A stretch of DNA of 64,000 nucleotides from Eledone cirrhosa (Eukaryota), in the NCBI GenBank assembly GCA_964016885.1, contig OZ024741.1, positions 281,976,001 to 282,040,000 of the forward strand, given 5' to 3'. A program made the translations under genes and the position numbers. This document shows, piece after piece, positions 1-11,945 of the stretch. The notes below the pieces were generated by a model. It was not told where the DNA came from, made no database searches, and saw only the letters and a program-made list of their open reading frames with translations. Positions within the stretch are counted from its first letter, which is position 1; every line of letters starts with the position of its first letter.

Positions 1-370
1 ACCACAAAAATTCTTCTGCTGTGAGCCAGAGACGAGAAGTTTGTGTACCACATGTGACTCGCAGGCTACATGTTTGTGGTCCTTGCTCTACATAATTACC
101 TAGGTCTAAACAACAACTACATAACTACACAATAACCTGTGTAATGATGTTGGATCTCAGTCAGTTCTCATGATGAACGTTCCAACACTGGAACAGCCTG
201 ATAAAAAAATTAAGATACAAGTGGCTGAGCATTCTACAGATACATATATCTGTAACATAGTTTTCAGCAAGATTCAGCGTGACAGTAAGACAAAGCTGGC
301 CCTTTGAATTACAACTACAACTCATTTTTGCCAGATGAGTAATTTATTTAATTATATATATATATATATA

Positions 371-1091
371 TAAATATAAGTATGTATATGTACATACATA
401 TATGTATACAGACGTACAGTAGTATGTATATACATACATACATGCACACACATATATATATGTACGTATGGGTTTACCAAACATTTATTATAATGTTCGG
501 TTTGTTTGTAAACAAACAGTCCGAATTAAGCCATACAGTGTCGGCAACCATCGTTGCCCATTTGTTCAACACTGACTAAAGAACGATGAACTAGTTTCTA
601 GCTTATTAGCTGTCATCAGCATTGTATACCTTCCCGTCAGTCGATTGAACGTTTGAAAGTATATACTTTCCTTATGCATATTAACGGCTGAGCAGCCTAA
701 TTTGCATATCGAGTGAGTTAGTCGGCCGGGCGTACTGAAAACGATAAATGGAAAAAATGAAATTTCATTTCTCACTCTTAGTACAGCTGATACTTAAATA
801 TAAGTATGTATACATACATACATATATGTATACAGACGTACAGTAGTATGTATATACATACATACATGCACACATATATATATGTGCGTATGGGTTTACC
901 GAACATTTATTGTAATGTTCGGTTTGTTTGTAAACAAACAGCCCGAATTAAGCCATACAGTGTTCGGCAACCATCGTTGCCCTTTTGTTTAACACAGTAC
1001 GTCTGTATACATATATGTATGTACGTATACATATTTATATTTAAGTATCAGCCGTACTAAGAGTGAGAAATGAAATTTCATTTTTTCCATT

Positions 1092-1092
<1 letters not shown>
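371..1092 (-). mobile_element. Non-autonomous Penelope-like/retrozyme-like element in (TA)n: ~424-bp unit, partial tandem plus inverted segment
   Basis: Direct repeats 371-572 and 795-995; 997-1092 is an inverted copy of 746-841; hammerhead motif at 586-622; (TA)n on both flanks. Confidence 0.7.
586..622 (-). ncRNA. Minimal type I hammerhead ribozyme motif
   Basis: Minus strand ATG-CTGATGA-c-AGCT-aata-AGCT-a-GAAAC-TA-GTT-CAT: 3-bp helix I, 4-bp helix II, palindromic helix III, GUU triplet. Confidence 0.7.
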
Positions 1093-1116
<24 letters not shown>

Positions 1117-1124
<8 letters not shown>

Positions 1125-2398
1125 TACAATAACAGAGATAGTTTAAAGCTAATCTCTGACTGGTAACCATCTCACTCAACAAACATTAGGTTATATTTTA
1201 ATATAAACCCAATTTAAGTGTTTGGGGTGCTAACAATATGTATTATGTGGAAAAGCCAGTTGTATTATTTTATGAGATATAAATAAAGTTAAAATATATC
1301 TCTCTTTCCAAACAATTGTTTCATTATAAGTTTTCTACAAATTCGGAGAATATTTCCAGTTTATGTAGAAGCCTAATATACATTCATGTAAGAATATATT
1401 TAGGTGGGCGCTTATAAATCATCAGTGGATGCCCATTAAACCTTGATATAAGAAAAACATTTCTTACCACGGTTAAAAATCATGTCCGTTAAGTTGCTCC
1501 TTCCCGCATTGAATGACCGGCAAATTTGAAATTCCAGCAGTTTTTGACTGAGGAAGTGTTATAGCATCACTAAGCAGGAAGGGGAGACAACTACGATCCA
1601 CGAAAGGAGGAAAAAAAATAATATACACGCGGGTTAATCAGTTTATTCAAAAACATTATCAATCCAACGTGTTAAGAACTCAATTGAAAATAAAAAAATA
1701 AATATATGCGTGTATAAATTACACACGCATATAGATATTTTCTTAGGCTAAAATCAGAGGTTGTACCTGAATAAGAAACCGCATCTCGTAACCGTAGTAA
1801 ATACGGAAAGTTATGCTTAGAAGGGCAAATGGGAATGTAAATCTCTGGCCGAATTAAGAGTAAAATATAAAACACACGCGGGTTAATTAGTTATTTCAAA
1901 ACTAATATCAATTCCTCGTGTAAAGAACTTAATTAATTTAAAAAAATAATTGTATGCATGTAATTATATACATAGGCATAAATATATTTTCTTAGGCTAA
2001 AAAACAGAGAAGTTACAACCAATAAAAACCACAATATCGCACAACAGTAATAAATACGGAAAGTCAAATTTATAAGGTACCTGGAAATAAACACCTCTGG
2101 CCAATCAAGAGTAAAATATTAATACAATAACAGAGATAGTTTAAAGCTAATCTCTGACTGGTAACCATCTCACTCAACAAACATTAGGTTATATTTTAAT
2201 ATAAACCCAATTTAAGTGTTTGGGGTGCTAACAATATGTATTATGTGGAAAAGCCAGTTGTATTATTTTATGAGATATAAATAAAGTTAAAATATATCTC
2301 TCTTTCCAAACAATTGTTTCATTATAAGTTTTCTACAAATTCGGAGAATATTTCCAGTTTATGTAGAAGCCTAATATACATTCATGTAAGAATATATT
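1117..2398 (-). mobile_element. Non-autonomous Penelope-like element in (TA)n with ~284-bp direct terminal repeats (pLTR-like), ~998-bp unit
   Basis: 1117-1400 matches 2115-2398 with no mismatch seen; internal ~245-bp tandem pair 1625-2118; hammerhead 1307-1429; no coding ORF. Confidence 0.7.
1307..1429 (-). ncRNA. Type I hammerhead ribozyme motif with large branched insertion in loop II
   Basis: Minus strand TCCA-CTGATGA-t-TTATAAG-[~80 nt, two hairpins]-CTTATAA-t-GAAAC-AATT-GTT-TGGA. Confidence 0.65.
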
Positions 2399-2404
2399 AT
2401 ATAA

Positions 2405-2452
<48 letters not shown>

Positions 2453-2964
2453 GTATGTATATATATATACGGGAGAGATGACCCCTTAGCCTTTGTCAAG
2501 GCAGAATTCTAGGAGAAGGAAAACTCTGATATAACACCTGCAACCCTGATGGTATCCAATGATGTTGACTTGTTCTTCTTTTTGGTAAATATCATCTTGG
2601 TTAAGAGAGTGGGACTGGCTTTGTGCAGTGCCTTTGCTCACTATAAAAGCCTCACAGCACAGGCATTGCTTTATATCTGGAGATCTCTCTGCACTTGTCG
2701 TCACATGGCACCATGGGCCTAGCACTATGTGTCAATAATTGTCACAAGCTGGCTGGACTAAAAAGTCGCTGGCTGGACTAAAAAGTCACACTCGTTCAAC
2801 GCATCAGTAGGGGTTCTCCTACATGGATATAAAGTAGTGGCCATACTCGAAAACGAGTTGGCAGCCACCATATATGTATGTATATGTATATAAAGGAAGG
2901 TAAAAACCTAGCAGTTTCAGCTTGTATTTACCTTTTCAAGGGTGTATATATATACACACACACA

Positions 2965-2999
<35 letters not shown>

Positions 3000-3429
3000 T
3001 GATTAAGTTGGTATGGTCATGTGATGCGCATGAAAGACAACAGCTGTATAAAAAAGTGCAGGGCGATCAAAATTGATGGAAGTTACGGAGTAGGTAGACC
3101 CAGAAAAACCTGGAAGACATGATAAAATCCGACCTTGCACACTTACACCTCTCTAAGACAATGTCACTGGATCGAGATCTTTGGCACCATGCAGTAATAC
3201 AGAAGACCCACCTTCCCTACATGCAAAGTTAACCTACAATCAGTAGGCCCATCCTAACCAAATATACTCCCCAACCTACTACCCCTACTCCATCCTCCCA
3301 CTCCCCCCAACACCACCCTTTCTCTGTAAAGTTATGTTGGTACCACAACATCCAGTCCAAACTAAAGAGGTCATGTAGGTACCACAACAAAAAAACACCC
3401 ATTCCACGCTGTAAAGTGGTCATGTAGGA

Positions 3430-4933
3430 TGTGGGTATGGTGCCATCGAGATACGCACCGACTCGGCTACTGTACTCGGATGATCAGTGCTCACCAGTGA
3501 GAAGAGAGTGCGAACGAGAGGGGCGGCGGAGATGCTGATAAAGCGCCGCCTGGGAACTTTAGGAGAGCTGGCCACCGAGTTCGACCTGAGGCTAAGCGTA
3601 GTTTTCGTGCCCTCAGAGAAAAATAGGGCGGACGTCTTAACCAGGGTAAAGAAGGCCTGGATGGAAGCGCCGGAGGAGGTAGAAGATGAGATAGCTGCCG
3701 TGTGTCGGCTGACCGAGTCGGATCTGAAAGGGTTTCATGACATGCACCACATGGGAGTGGATAGGACCCTGTTCCTAGCCAGGAGAATCGACTCGGACGT
3801 TAACAAGCACAGTGTTCAAAGGGTGGTTAGAGGCTGCGTCCGATGTCAGTCCATTGATCCCGCTCCGGGTGTGCACAAAACGGGAAGCCTCCCGGTGGAT
3901 CGCGACTGGAAGCGATTGGTGGTGGATTTAATGCACTACCGACAGGGAACGTACCTCTTGATGGTCGACTGTGGACCAGGACGGATGGCGCTATGGAGGG
4001 AGATGAAGACTGGAACGGCCGAGGAAATCATGCGGACGTTGAGAGAGGTGTTCTTGGAGCGGGGCCCTGTGGACGAACTGCTGATGGACAACAGCGCAGC
4101 GTTCCGCTCGGAGGCGCTGAGGGTGATGCTCGATGGATGGAAGGTGGACCGTTTCTTCAGAGCAGCGCACAGGCCGAGCGGAAATGGAATTGTGGAGCGA
4201 CACCACCGGACAATCAAGGCAATGGCGGAGCGGGGCCATATCTCACCAATGGAGGCAGTGTTCTGGTACAACATGTCCCCTCGGGTGGGACAGGTCGAGG
4301 AATCGGTGCCACACAGAGCAGTATTCAGATACGAGTGGCGGCACCCGTGCACGCCACCACAACGGCCAGTGGGGAGAGAGAATGCATTCGTGCAGGTGGG
4401 CGAAGAAGTCTGGGTTAAGCCCCCAGATGCACGTTGCACATCTCAATTGTGAAGGGGAACGGCGACGGCCGTAAATTCCCAGAACAATGTGTCCGTGGAC
4501 GGAGTACCACATCATGTCCTGGATGTCTGTAGAATCACTGTGTCAATGGACTCCGAGGAAGAGGAAACTCAAAGTGCCGCCCCAACACTGCGGAGTTCGC
4601 AAAGAAGTCGCAAACCACCAACCTGGACTTTCATATGCAGAAGGACGAGGGCGGAATTGATCCTTGAGATCAGGGGGCGTGTGGGTATGGTGTGGTGTGC
4701 GGTGGCCGGAAGCTGGGGAGTGCTCGACTGGAAGAGTGCTTGGCCGGAAGGGTGCTCGACCGGAAGGGCCAGCAGATTGGTCTCTCTCTAGTGGTGACCA
4801 GGAACGGTGTGGGCACGAGCTTGGCAGCTCCCGGGTGTTAATGAGTTGGACGCACGTGGAAGAGGAGAAACCAGCCTTGGGATTTAGCGGCGCCTATGAA
4901 AAGTGGTAAGTGAGATAGCTTTTTCTAACCACA
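3430..4933 (+). mobile_element. Internally deleted Ty3/Gypsy LTR retrotransposon (3' LTR 4680-4933; 5' LTR reduced to 13 bp)
   Basis: TG...CA ends; 5-bp TSD TAGGA at 3425-3429 and 4934-4938; purine-rich PPT before 4680; TGTGGGTATGGTG at both 3430 and 4680. Confidence 0.9.
3487..4452 (+). pseudogene. Gypsy pol remnant: RNase H C-terminus plus integrase
   Basis: NRADVLTR, HHCC zinc finger (FHDMHHMG..CVRC), DDE core (VVDL, LLMDNS, GNGIVER). Confidence 0.9.
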
Positions 4934-5166
4934 TAGGAAACACGGTAAAAAGGCTCCTAGTCCACACTGTAAATGTGGTTAGTGTTAGGAAGGGCATCCA
5001 GCCGTAGAAAACCTGCCAGATACAGTCCTATACAAGCGAGACATGGTCACCCAATCAATCTTGCCTCAATTAGGACAATTCCCATCTAACCCATGCTAGC
5101 GTGGAAGATAGACGTTAAATGATGATGATATGTTATATATATTATATATTATATATATATCATATG

Positions 5167-5204
<38 letters not shown>

Positions 5205-5330
5205 AGTAGTAACACAACAGTTAGTTCACCATACCGAGAACAATTGTTTTACCTGGTGAACTAATTGTTGTGTTACTACTTCTACCAAACTCATCCCATG
5301 GACTACGGATATTACCTTCCAGTGTTCTAC

Positions 5331-5363
<33 letters not shown>

Positions 5364-5719
5364 CATATTGTATATGTATATATATATATAAAGAGCGAGA
5401 GGGGGTGAGAGTGAGGGAGAAAGAGAAAGGTTGGGTTGACAGATAGAGCGACAAAGTGAATTATATATCAACAATTTTCTTCCGTGATAACATCTTCCAA
5501 ATAGTGACAAGCTAATTTAGCTGGAACTGAGGCAGTATGTAGCTTGCTATTTCTTGATATTCTTCATTTTCTCTGAACTTTTGTTCTGTGTTTTGCATTT
5601 ACCATTGTATTACTGCTGTAGCTGCCACAAAGGTTTGTTTTCATTACTTAAGGCATTAAATCAATAGCTAAATACTAAGGGACCAAGGAGTGTAAAACAG
5701 TTTCACTGGGAGGAAATGT

Positions 5720-5775
5720 TCAACAACAACAACAGCAGCAGCAGTACCACCACCACCACCACCACCACCACCACC

Positions 5776-5821
<46 letters not shown>

Positions 5822-6047
5822 CCGGCGGCGCGGCAGCGGCAGCAACAGCAACAACAACAACAACAGCAGCAGCAGCAACATCAACAACAACAGCAACAGC
5901 AGCAACATCAGCAACAACAACAACTTCAGCAGCAACAACAACACTAATAATGATGATGATGACGGTGGTGATGATGATGAGGAGGAGGAGGATAACAACA
6001 ACAACAACAACAACGATGATAATGGTGATGATGACGACGATGATGAA

Positions 6048-6081
<34 letters not shown>

Positions 6082-6115
6082 GTGAGGAGGAGGAGGAGGA
6101 GGATAACAACAAAAT
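5720..6115. repeat. Compound trinucleotide microsatellite (AAC/ACC/AGC/GAT/AGG)
   Basis: Seen directly. Confidence 0.95.
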
Positions 6116-6714
6116 AGAATCAATAAATTAAAGAAACAAATAAACTAAAATTCTGTTTAGAAACAGTTGACAAAAGGCAATCCTTTTTTTTTAAATGAAG
6201 GAATTCAGAATAAATAATTACAAGGCTTTTAAACTATACACAAATTGATCAGAACAATTAACAATATAGTTTATTTATTCAGTGAAATTGTAAACAACAG
6301 TAAAGTAAACATCCTGTTACACATAAAACTACATTAGCAAGACATTCTTTAAAAGTATGTAACAACACTGTGACTAAATCACATGAAAAATTGAAGATGA
6401 ACCAATTGACAAGATCCCAGACCTCATTCACTTACCAAGTAGGGTGGAACTCATAAAATCAGACCAAGGAAACAGTGTTTTCATTGGTCTTTCCATTGCT
6501 GATACTATCTACTGGTCGAAACTCCTGACAGAAAGAGCAAAGTGAAATAAAGTGTCTCACTCAAGGAACATAATGCATTGCTCGGTTTGGGAATCGTACT
6601 CACAACCACATGATTCCAAATCCCATTCTCTGACTACTAAGCCATGTGCCTTTAGAAGCATTTGACAGATTAGTTAAAAAACAATCAGTAATTTTTTTTT
6701 GTTGTACATTGGTA

Positions 6715-7050
6715 TGTGGGAGTGAGGATACTCACAAGCCCCTGCTGTCAGAATGTGTTAGGGACTGGATCACATTAGGAGGAAGGATATGCTTCTTGAA
6801 GCTTAGGCTGAAAGATAGGTCTCTGTGGGCAGTGCAAGTTTATGCACAAAATAAGGAGTCCGAATACAGATCCTTCCTTGATGAAGTCACTGTAGCACTA
6901 GATGTAGTTAACACTGGTCATATATCCTGATGGGAGGCTTCAATGCACATGTTGGCACTGACCACCTGACATGGAAAGGAGTAATTGGAAGGAATGGCGA
7001 CCCCAATCTAAATACAAATTGAGAAGCCTTACTAAATTTCTATTCTAGCA
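6715..7050 (+). mobile_element. Decayed RTE APE-endonuclease fragment
   Basis: VQVYA..ESEYRSFLDEV and GGFNAHVG; same family as 43530-43700. Confidence 0.75.
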
Positions 7051-8799
7051 ATGATAGTGCCTCTCATTAGAATTATGGTAACTAAAAATGAAGACAAATC
7101 CACCAGAGATGTTAAATTGGTCATCATATTAAAAAGAGGAGAATTTGTCTTTAACAAAACTCAGTAATTTGGAAAAGGTTTAACATTTTCATATTTAGCT
7201 TGGTAAAATATTTTTCAACTTACATTTGTTGTATACATATTGTTTGGAGTAAAAATAAGGTCTAACATTCTTCAGAGAGTGAATTTTAAAACTATGCCAC
7301 CCTAATATCGAATGATATTTAAAAGTTAAATTTGTGATATTTTAACAGTAAAAAATATTATTGAAATTCTGTGTGAGGTCTGCTGGTAATGTTAGTCAAA
7401 TATAAGCTGCTGTCATGATTTTACAGACAAAAAAAGTAATTGTAGGCATGAAAAAAAGAAAAAAAGAATTAAGATTATAAATAGTTTATCTCTTTATCAA
7501 TATCAAAATATCAGGCATCTTTTAGAAGTATGATTAACTAATTCTTTATTTTACAGCAAAGGGCTTTTACTTTCTCAAAATGTTATCACAAATATTTCCT
7601 TTTAATTACTATAACAGAAAAGAAAACATACCAAAATCTATGGCCTTTATTTTTAGGGTTATTCTTTCTGGAAAAAATATATAAAGGCGTCTGCTGATTT
7701 GCATAGTCTAAACAATTTTGATTTTTATGTTAATAGAAATGAAAATAGCTTTAAAAAGTTTCAGCTAACTAAATCCACTTCAAGTTAAAATAAATGGATA
7801 AAGAATTGATCTTTCAATTCTAAGGACTTCAGTCCAGTCTTGAACCTACCATACACTATACATTCCTTTTACCACCACCCCCACCACTGGAGAGGAGATG
7901 GGCTCCGCCAGATTTAAAAAGTGCCTTAGGAATGTTGTATTTCAATATGGCGCCCCTACGACTCCCTCAGGAGTTATGGGTCCATACATATCATCATCAT
8001 CCTCTAACATCCATTTTCCATGCTTGCATGGGTTAGTTAATGTATATCTAGTGTTAATTATTTGTCTATTGCTACCAATGTAGAAATATTATGTCTACCA
8101 ACATGGCTGAAGGAGTGAATTGGTAGAGATATTATGTCTACCAACATGGCTGAAGGTAGTGAATTGGTAGAGAACAAAAAATTTGAGGAATTTAATAAAA
8201 TAACTGACTCTTTTATTAATATTCTTTTACTCAATAAAAATTTCTAAAATAGATTAATGATGGAAGGTTTAAATATCGGTTTCAGGTGGCTTGATATCAA
8301 AAGGGTTAAACAAATAAACACAACTCACATATTCCTACCACACAACACCTGCACCCTTAAACATTCTGGTTTTTCAATGTAGCTAATTAGTTGTAGCTCT
8401 ACTGGTTCTATCACAACTACCCCAGACAGTAAATGTGCTTCATACATGATCCATTTATGTGATGGCCAAAATTCTGCTTCTAGGTATGTCCCTTTACATT
8501 CCTTATTTAACTAAGCCTTCTTTAACCCTTTCTTTTTCATATTTCTAATGAAAGACAGCTTGGTGCCTTGCTGTCAGTGAAATTGAGCAGACAAGGAATG
8601 AAGACCTTGCTGATAAAAGAGTGTGAAGGAAGGAACAACAACAACAGGTGTCATCGTTTATCTGCAGCAAATGCAGTAGAGACTGCCATTCAGATATTGG
8701 ACTGTCCAGTCACTTGCGCAAGTGCAGATGAATACATCTCTGGATGCGACACTATCAAGAAGCAAAAAATGAAAGACACTACCTATGATTTTGAAATTT

Positions 8800-9030
8800 T
8801 CTTCTTTGCCCACTTATTCACGAGAGGGTTGTTGGGCAGAGTCCTCAGACACTTCTTCCTGAGGGTATTTCAAAAGCAACCATCTTCAAATGATCTGGCT
8901 GGTCCACCAATTGAGACCAGCTAAGGTTATAAATGTTATTCAATCATCTTGTTTGTGGTCTGTCTCAGGGTCTGCTGTGAGTTGGCTTTACCTGTGAATC
9001 TTTCCACAGACATCCTAACATTGTTATTAT
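8800..9030 (-). mobile_element. Decayed RTE 3' end
   Basis: RP.TR.L.NI...LSWSQL remnant, similar to 45860-46010 and 46390-46620. Confidence 0.55.
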
Positions 9031-10528
9031 TTAGCTGGTATTTAGAGTACAAGTTGAGAAAAGTTCTTATATGAAATTATAATGAAAGGTTTTTATATAA
9101 ATTGAAACAGTTAAAAATAAATAGCTCTGTATCATAGAATCAGGAAGTTTGGTGTCAAAAGGGTTAAAACCCTCAAGTGGTTCACACGCAGCTGCACTGC
9201 AAAACTTTAGGTGAAAAATGCTACCTGTTAGATCTGGCTGAGTCACACTCGCCATCAAGTAAGTGGTGTTTACTCATGACTATAATGTTGTAAAAAGCAA
9301 CCATCATGGCAGCAAATATGTCTTTGTGTACTGCATACACAACAAACTTTCCCACCACCAAAATTGAAACAGATGATTTAGGTCCTTTGCAAAGAGGGTC
9401 TCCGCCAATTTTGAAGAATCCTCTTATCAGCCACTGTTCAATAAGTATGGCTCTGTAAGAAGCAGTCTTACTGAAAAAAAGCCAACATATTTACTGCTCA
9501 CTGTTCTTCTAACTCATCATTCCACACACATGCATGCACACATACACACACGTGTGAGTACATACATGCACACCACAATTTCTCTGCTCTACCCATCTCA
9601 CCACATCCACCATGACACAAACCCAGTTGAAAAGAGTAGAAATTTGTTTTCATTCCAATCCAACAAGGTAACTGTTCCTGCTGGTATACTTCCCTCCTTG
9701 TACCGAGTCATAGGGGTACCATATTGACACGTGACATGTCTTGGCCATTTAAAAATAACCTGGCAGAGTCCATCCCTATTCAGGTCTGAACACAGCCAAC
9801 TTCTTCCAGAGAAAGAGAATGAGAGAAAGGAAGTGAGAAAGAAATATAGAGGAAGAATCAACCCCAGTGTTGAACTGGTACTTTTTTTATTGGCCTTGAA
9901 AGGATAAAAGGCAAAGTTTTATGTATGTAAAAGAATAAAAGTTTACATACATAGACACATATATATGTATGTATGTATGTACCCATATATATCATCATCA
10001 CCATCACTGTTTACTGTCTATTTTTCATACTTGTATGTTGTCCCATTATGAGGTTAGACTGGTCAGATGACTATGTCTGCTGATATGCTCCATTTTGGGG
10101 TTGGTTTATTTGACCGGATGCACTTTCTAAGCCAACATGTACACCAGTGGTTTCCAACTTTGTGTGCACCATGCCCTATCTCAACATTTCGAAAATTGTT
10201 ATTGGCCCCCTCTTCTCCCCCAAATTTATATGAAAACAGCAATGATCAACTGTAAAGTATAAACAAATTGGTATATAGGTGGTGCCAGATATACACAGTA
10301 ACATGTGTGGAGGAAGAGGTGGGACAGGTGTTTCTGACAGTAATATGTACTATATATGTATTTATATATATATATCTTTTTAAAATTTTGCATTAGGCTG
10401 ATTTGACAGAGATAGAATAAGATAAGTTGAAAAATTGTCAATTTCCTTCTTTCGATGTTTATTTATAAAAGACATTTTTTCCAATTCCAGCCCACACGTC
10501 CCCTCAATCTATCTTATTTCTGATTCTT

Positions 10529-10564
10529 TCTTCTGATGAAGGACTAGCGTCCGAAATGTTAAGA
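10529..10564 (+). ncRNA. Minimal type I hammerhead motif (Penelope-type) upstream of a (TA)n tract
   Basis: TCTT-CTGATGA-a-GGAC-tagc-GTCC-GAAAT-GTT-AAGA; helix III probably CpG-decayed from GAAACGTT (inference). Confidence 0.6.
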
Positions 10565-10758
10565 CCCTCTTCCTGCTATATCAAGTGTTAACCTAATATA
10601 TCCCTTCCATATACTGTACTGATTGTGTTGTTATTTCTGTTTCCCTTTTACATATATATATATAGAGATAGTAATAATAATAATAAAATTGAAGACTAAA
10701 ATCCAAAGAGGGCTCGATAAGGAAAATATATATCGAATATATAAGAACCGCAGAGCAA

Positions 10759-10982
10759 ATATTTATTAAAATAACAGATTAAAGTTTAAGCAAAGAATCG
10801 CTGCTTTCACCCTTAACGGGATCTTCTGAAAGTATCGTCTTCCTGTCTTCCTCCGGTTGCAACGTTTTTTGAAATATCCAGTTCTGCGTTTACAGATTGA
10901 CTTTGTTAGTTTCAGAAGATCCCGTTAAGGGTGAAAGCAGCGATTCTTTGCTTAAACTTTAATCTGTTATTTTAATAAATAT
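10759..10982. repeat. 73-bp inverted repeat in (TA)n with degenerate hammerhead-like core
   Basis: 10759-10831 is the reverse complement of 10910-10982; CAGAAGA-t-CCC-gttaa-GGG-t-GAAAGC at 10913-10938. Confidence 0.7.
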
Positions 10983-11339
10983 ATATATATATATAGATAT
11001 ATGTACTAATGTCTGTTTGTATTTATACAGCTGTTAATATATATATGTGTGTCGTGTACATGCATATATTCGTAATGGAAAATTGATCATATAGAATAGC
11101 TGTGTTTAAAATAACAGAGGCTAGGAAATTGCCATTTTCATCCCACCCATATTATCACCCTATATTTATCACCTTCCGGTATGCATGCCTGGTGCTGTAC
11201 GCTAAACACTTGTGCACATAGCACGTTAAATCAAGTTCCGCTCAGTGCAGACAAGGGGCAGACGGAGGCTCCGTAAGCGGTAGCGTAGGCAACTCGGCTA
11301 GGAGAGCTACCACTCCGAATAAATTGGTGCGGGTTAGAG

Positions 11340-11710
11340 AAGTCCCCTAAGTCCAGTAAGACAACTTCCCTAGTGCTGGTGGCACAAATAAAAGCACTGT
11401 CCATTCTGTAAAATGGAGGGGAGGATAGGGCCCCTGAGTCCAGTAAGACGACCTCTCTAGTGCTGGTGGCACGAATAAAAGCACCCAGTCCATGCTGTAA
11501 AATGGAGGGATAGTTAGGGCCCCTGAGTCCAGTAAGACAACCTCTCTAGTGCTGGTGGCACGAATAAAAGCACGTAGTCCATGCTGTAAAATGGAGGAGT
11601 AGAGAGGGATCCTGAGTTCAGTAAGACAACCTCTCTAGTGCTGGTGGCACAAATAAAAGCACCCAGTCCATGCTGTAAAGTGGTGCTGGTATTAGGAAGG
11701 GCATCAACCA
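11340..11710 (+). repeat. ~90-bp tandem repeat x4 made of the RTE/SINE-associated motif
   Basis: Repeating ccctgagtccagtaagacaacctctctagtgctggtggcac. Confidence 0.85.
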
Positions 11711-11945
11711 GTATATATACTACTGCCAAAAACTAAGAGCACAACAAACGAGAATTGCAACATCTGCGTAAACAGCAACAACACTAACCATGTTAGGCCT
11801 GCGCACGGTAGTGGGGTGGCTGGTGCGGCCATGTGCAAGAACCCCCTGACCGTCATCAAGCAATCGCACAACAACAACAACTGTGTAAACAGCAATAAAG
11901 AAGAGAAAGACTGCTTTTTACGAGCAACTTTTACAAACAGCCACA

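Larger units (their letters stand above)
3000..5130 (+). mobile_element. 5'-truncated RTE LINE 3' end, interrupted by a Gypsy insertion
   Basis: WYGHVMRM...GRPRKTW coding remnant; 3' UTR matches the copies at 33400-34255 and 43817-44850; (GAT)n tail. Confidence 0.85.

Noticed and set aside
2905-2945. Hammerhead-like remnant on the minus strand (TTGAAAA...GAAAC)
   Set aside because: Too many core and helix mismatches to support
5716-6117. Homopolymer-rich ORFs on both strands
   Set aside because: By-product of trinucleotide microsatellites
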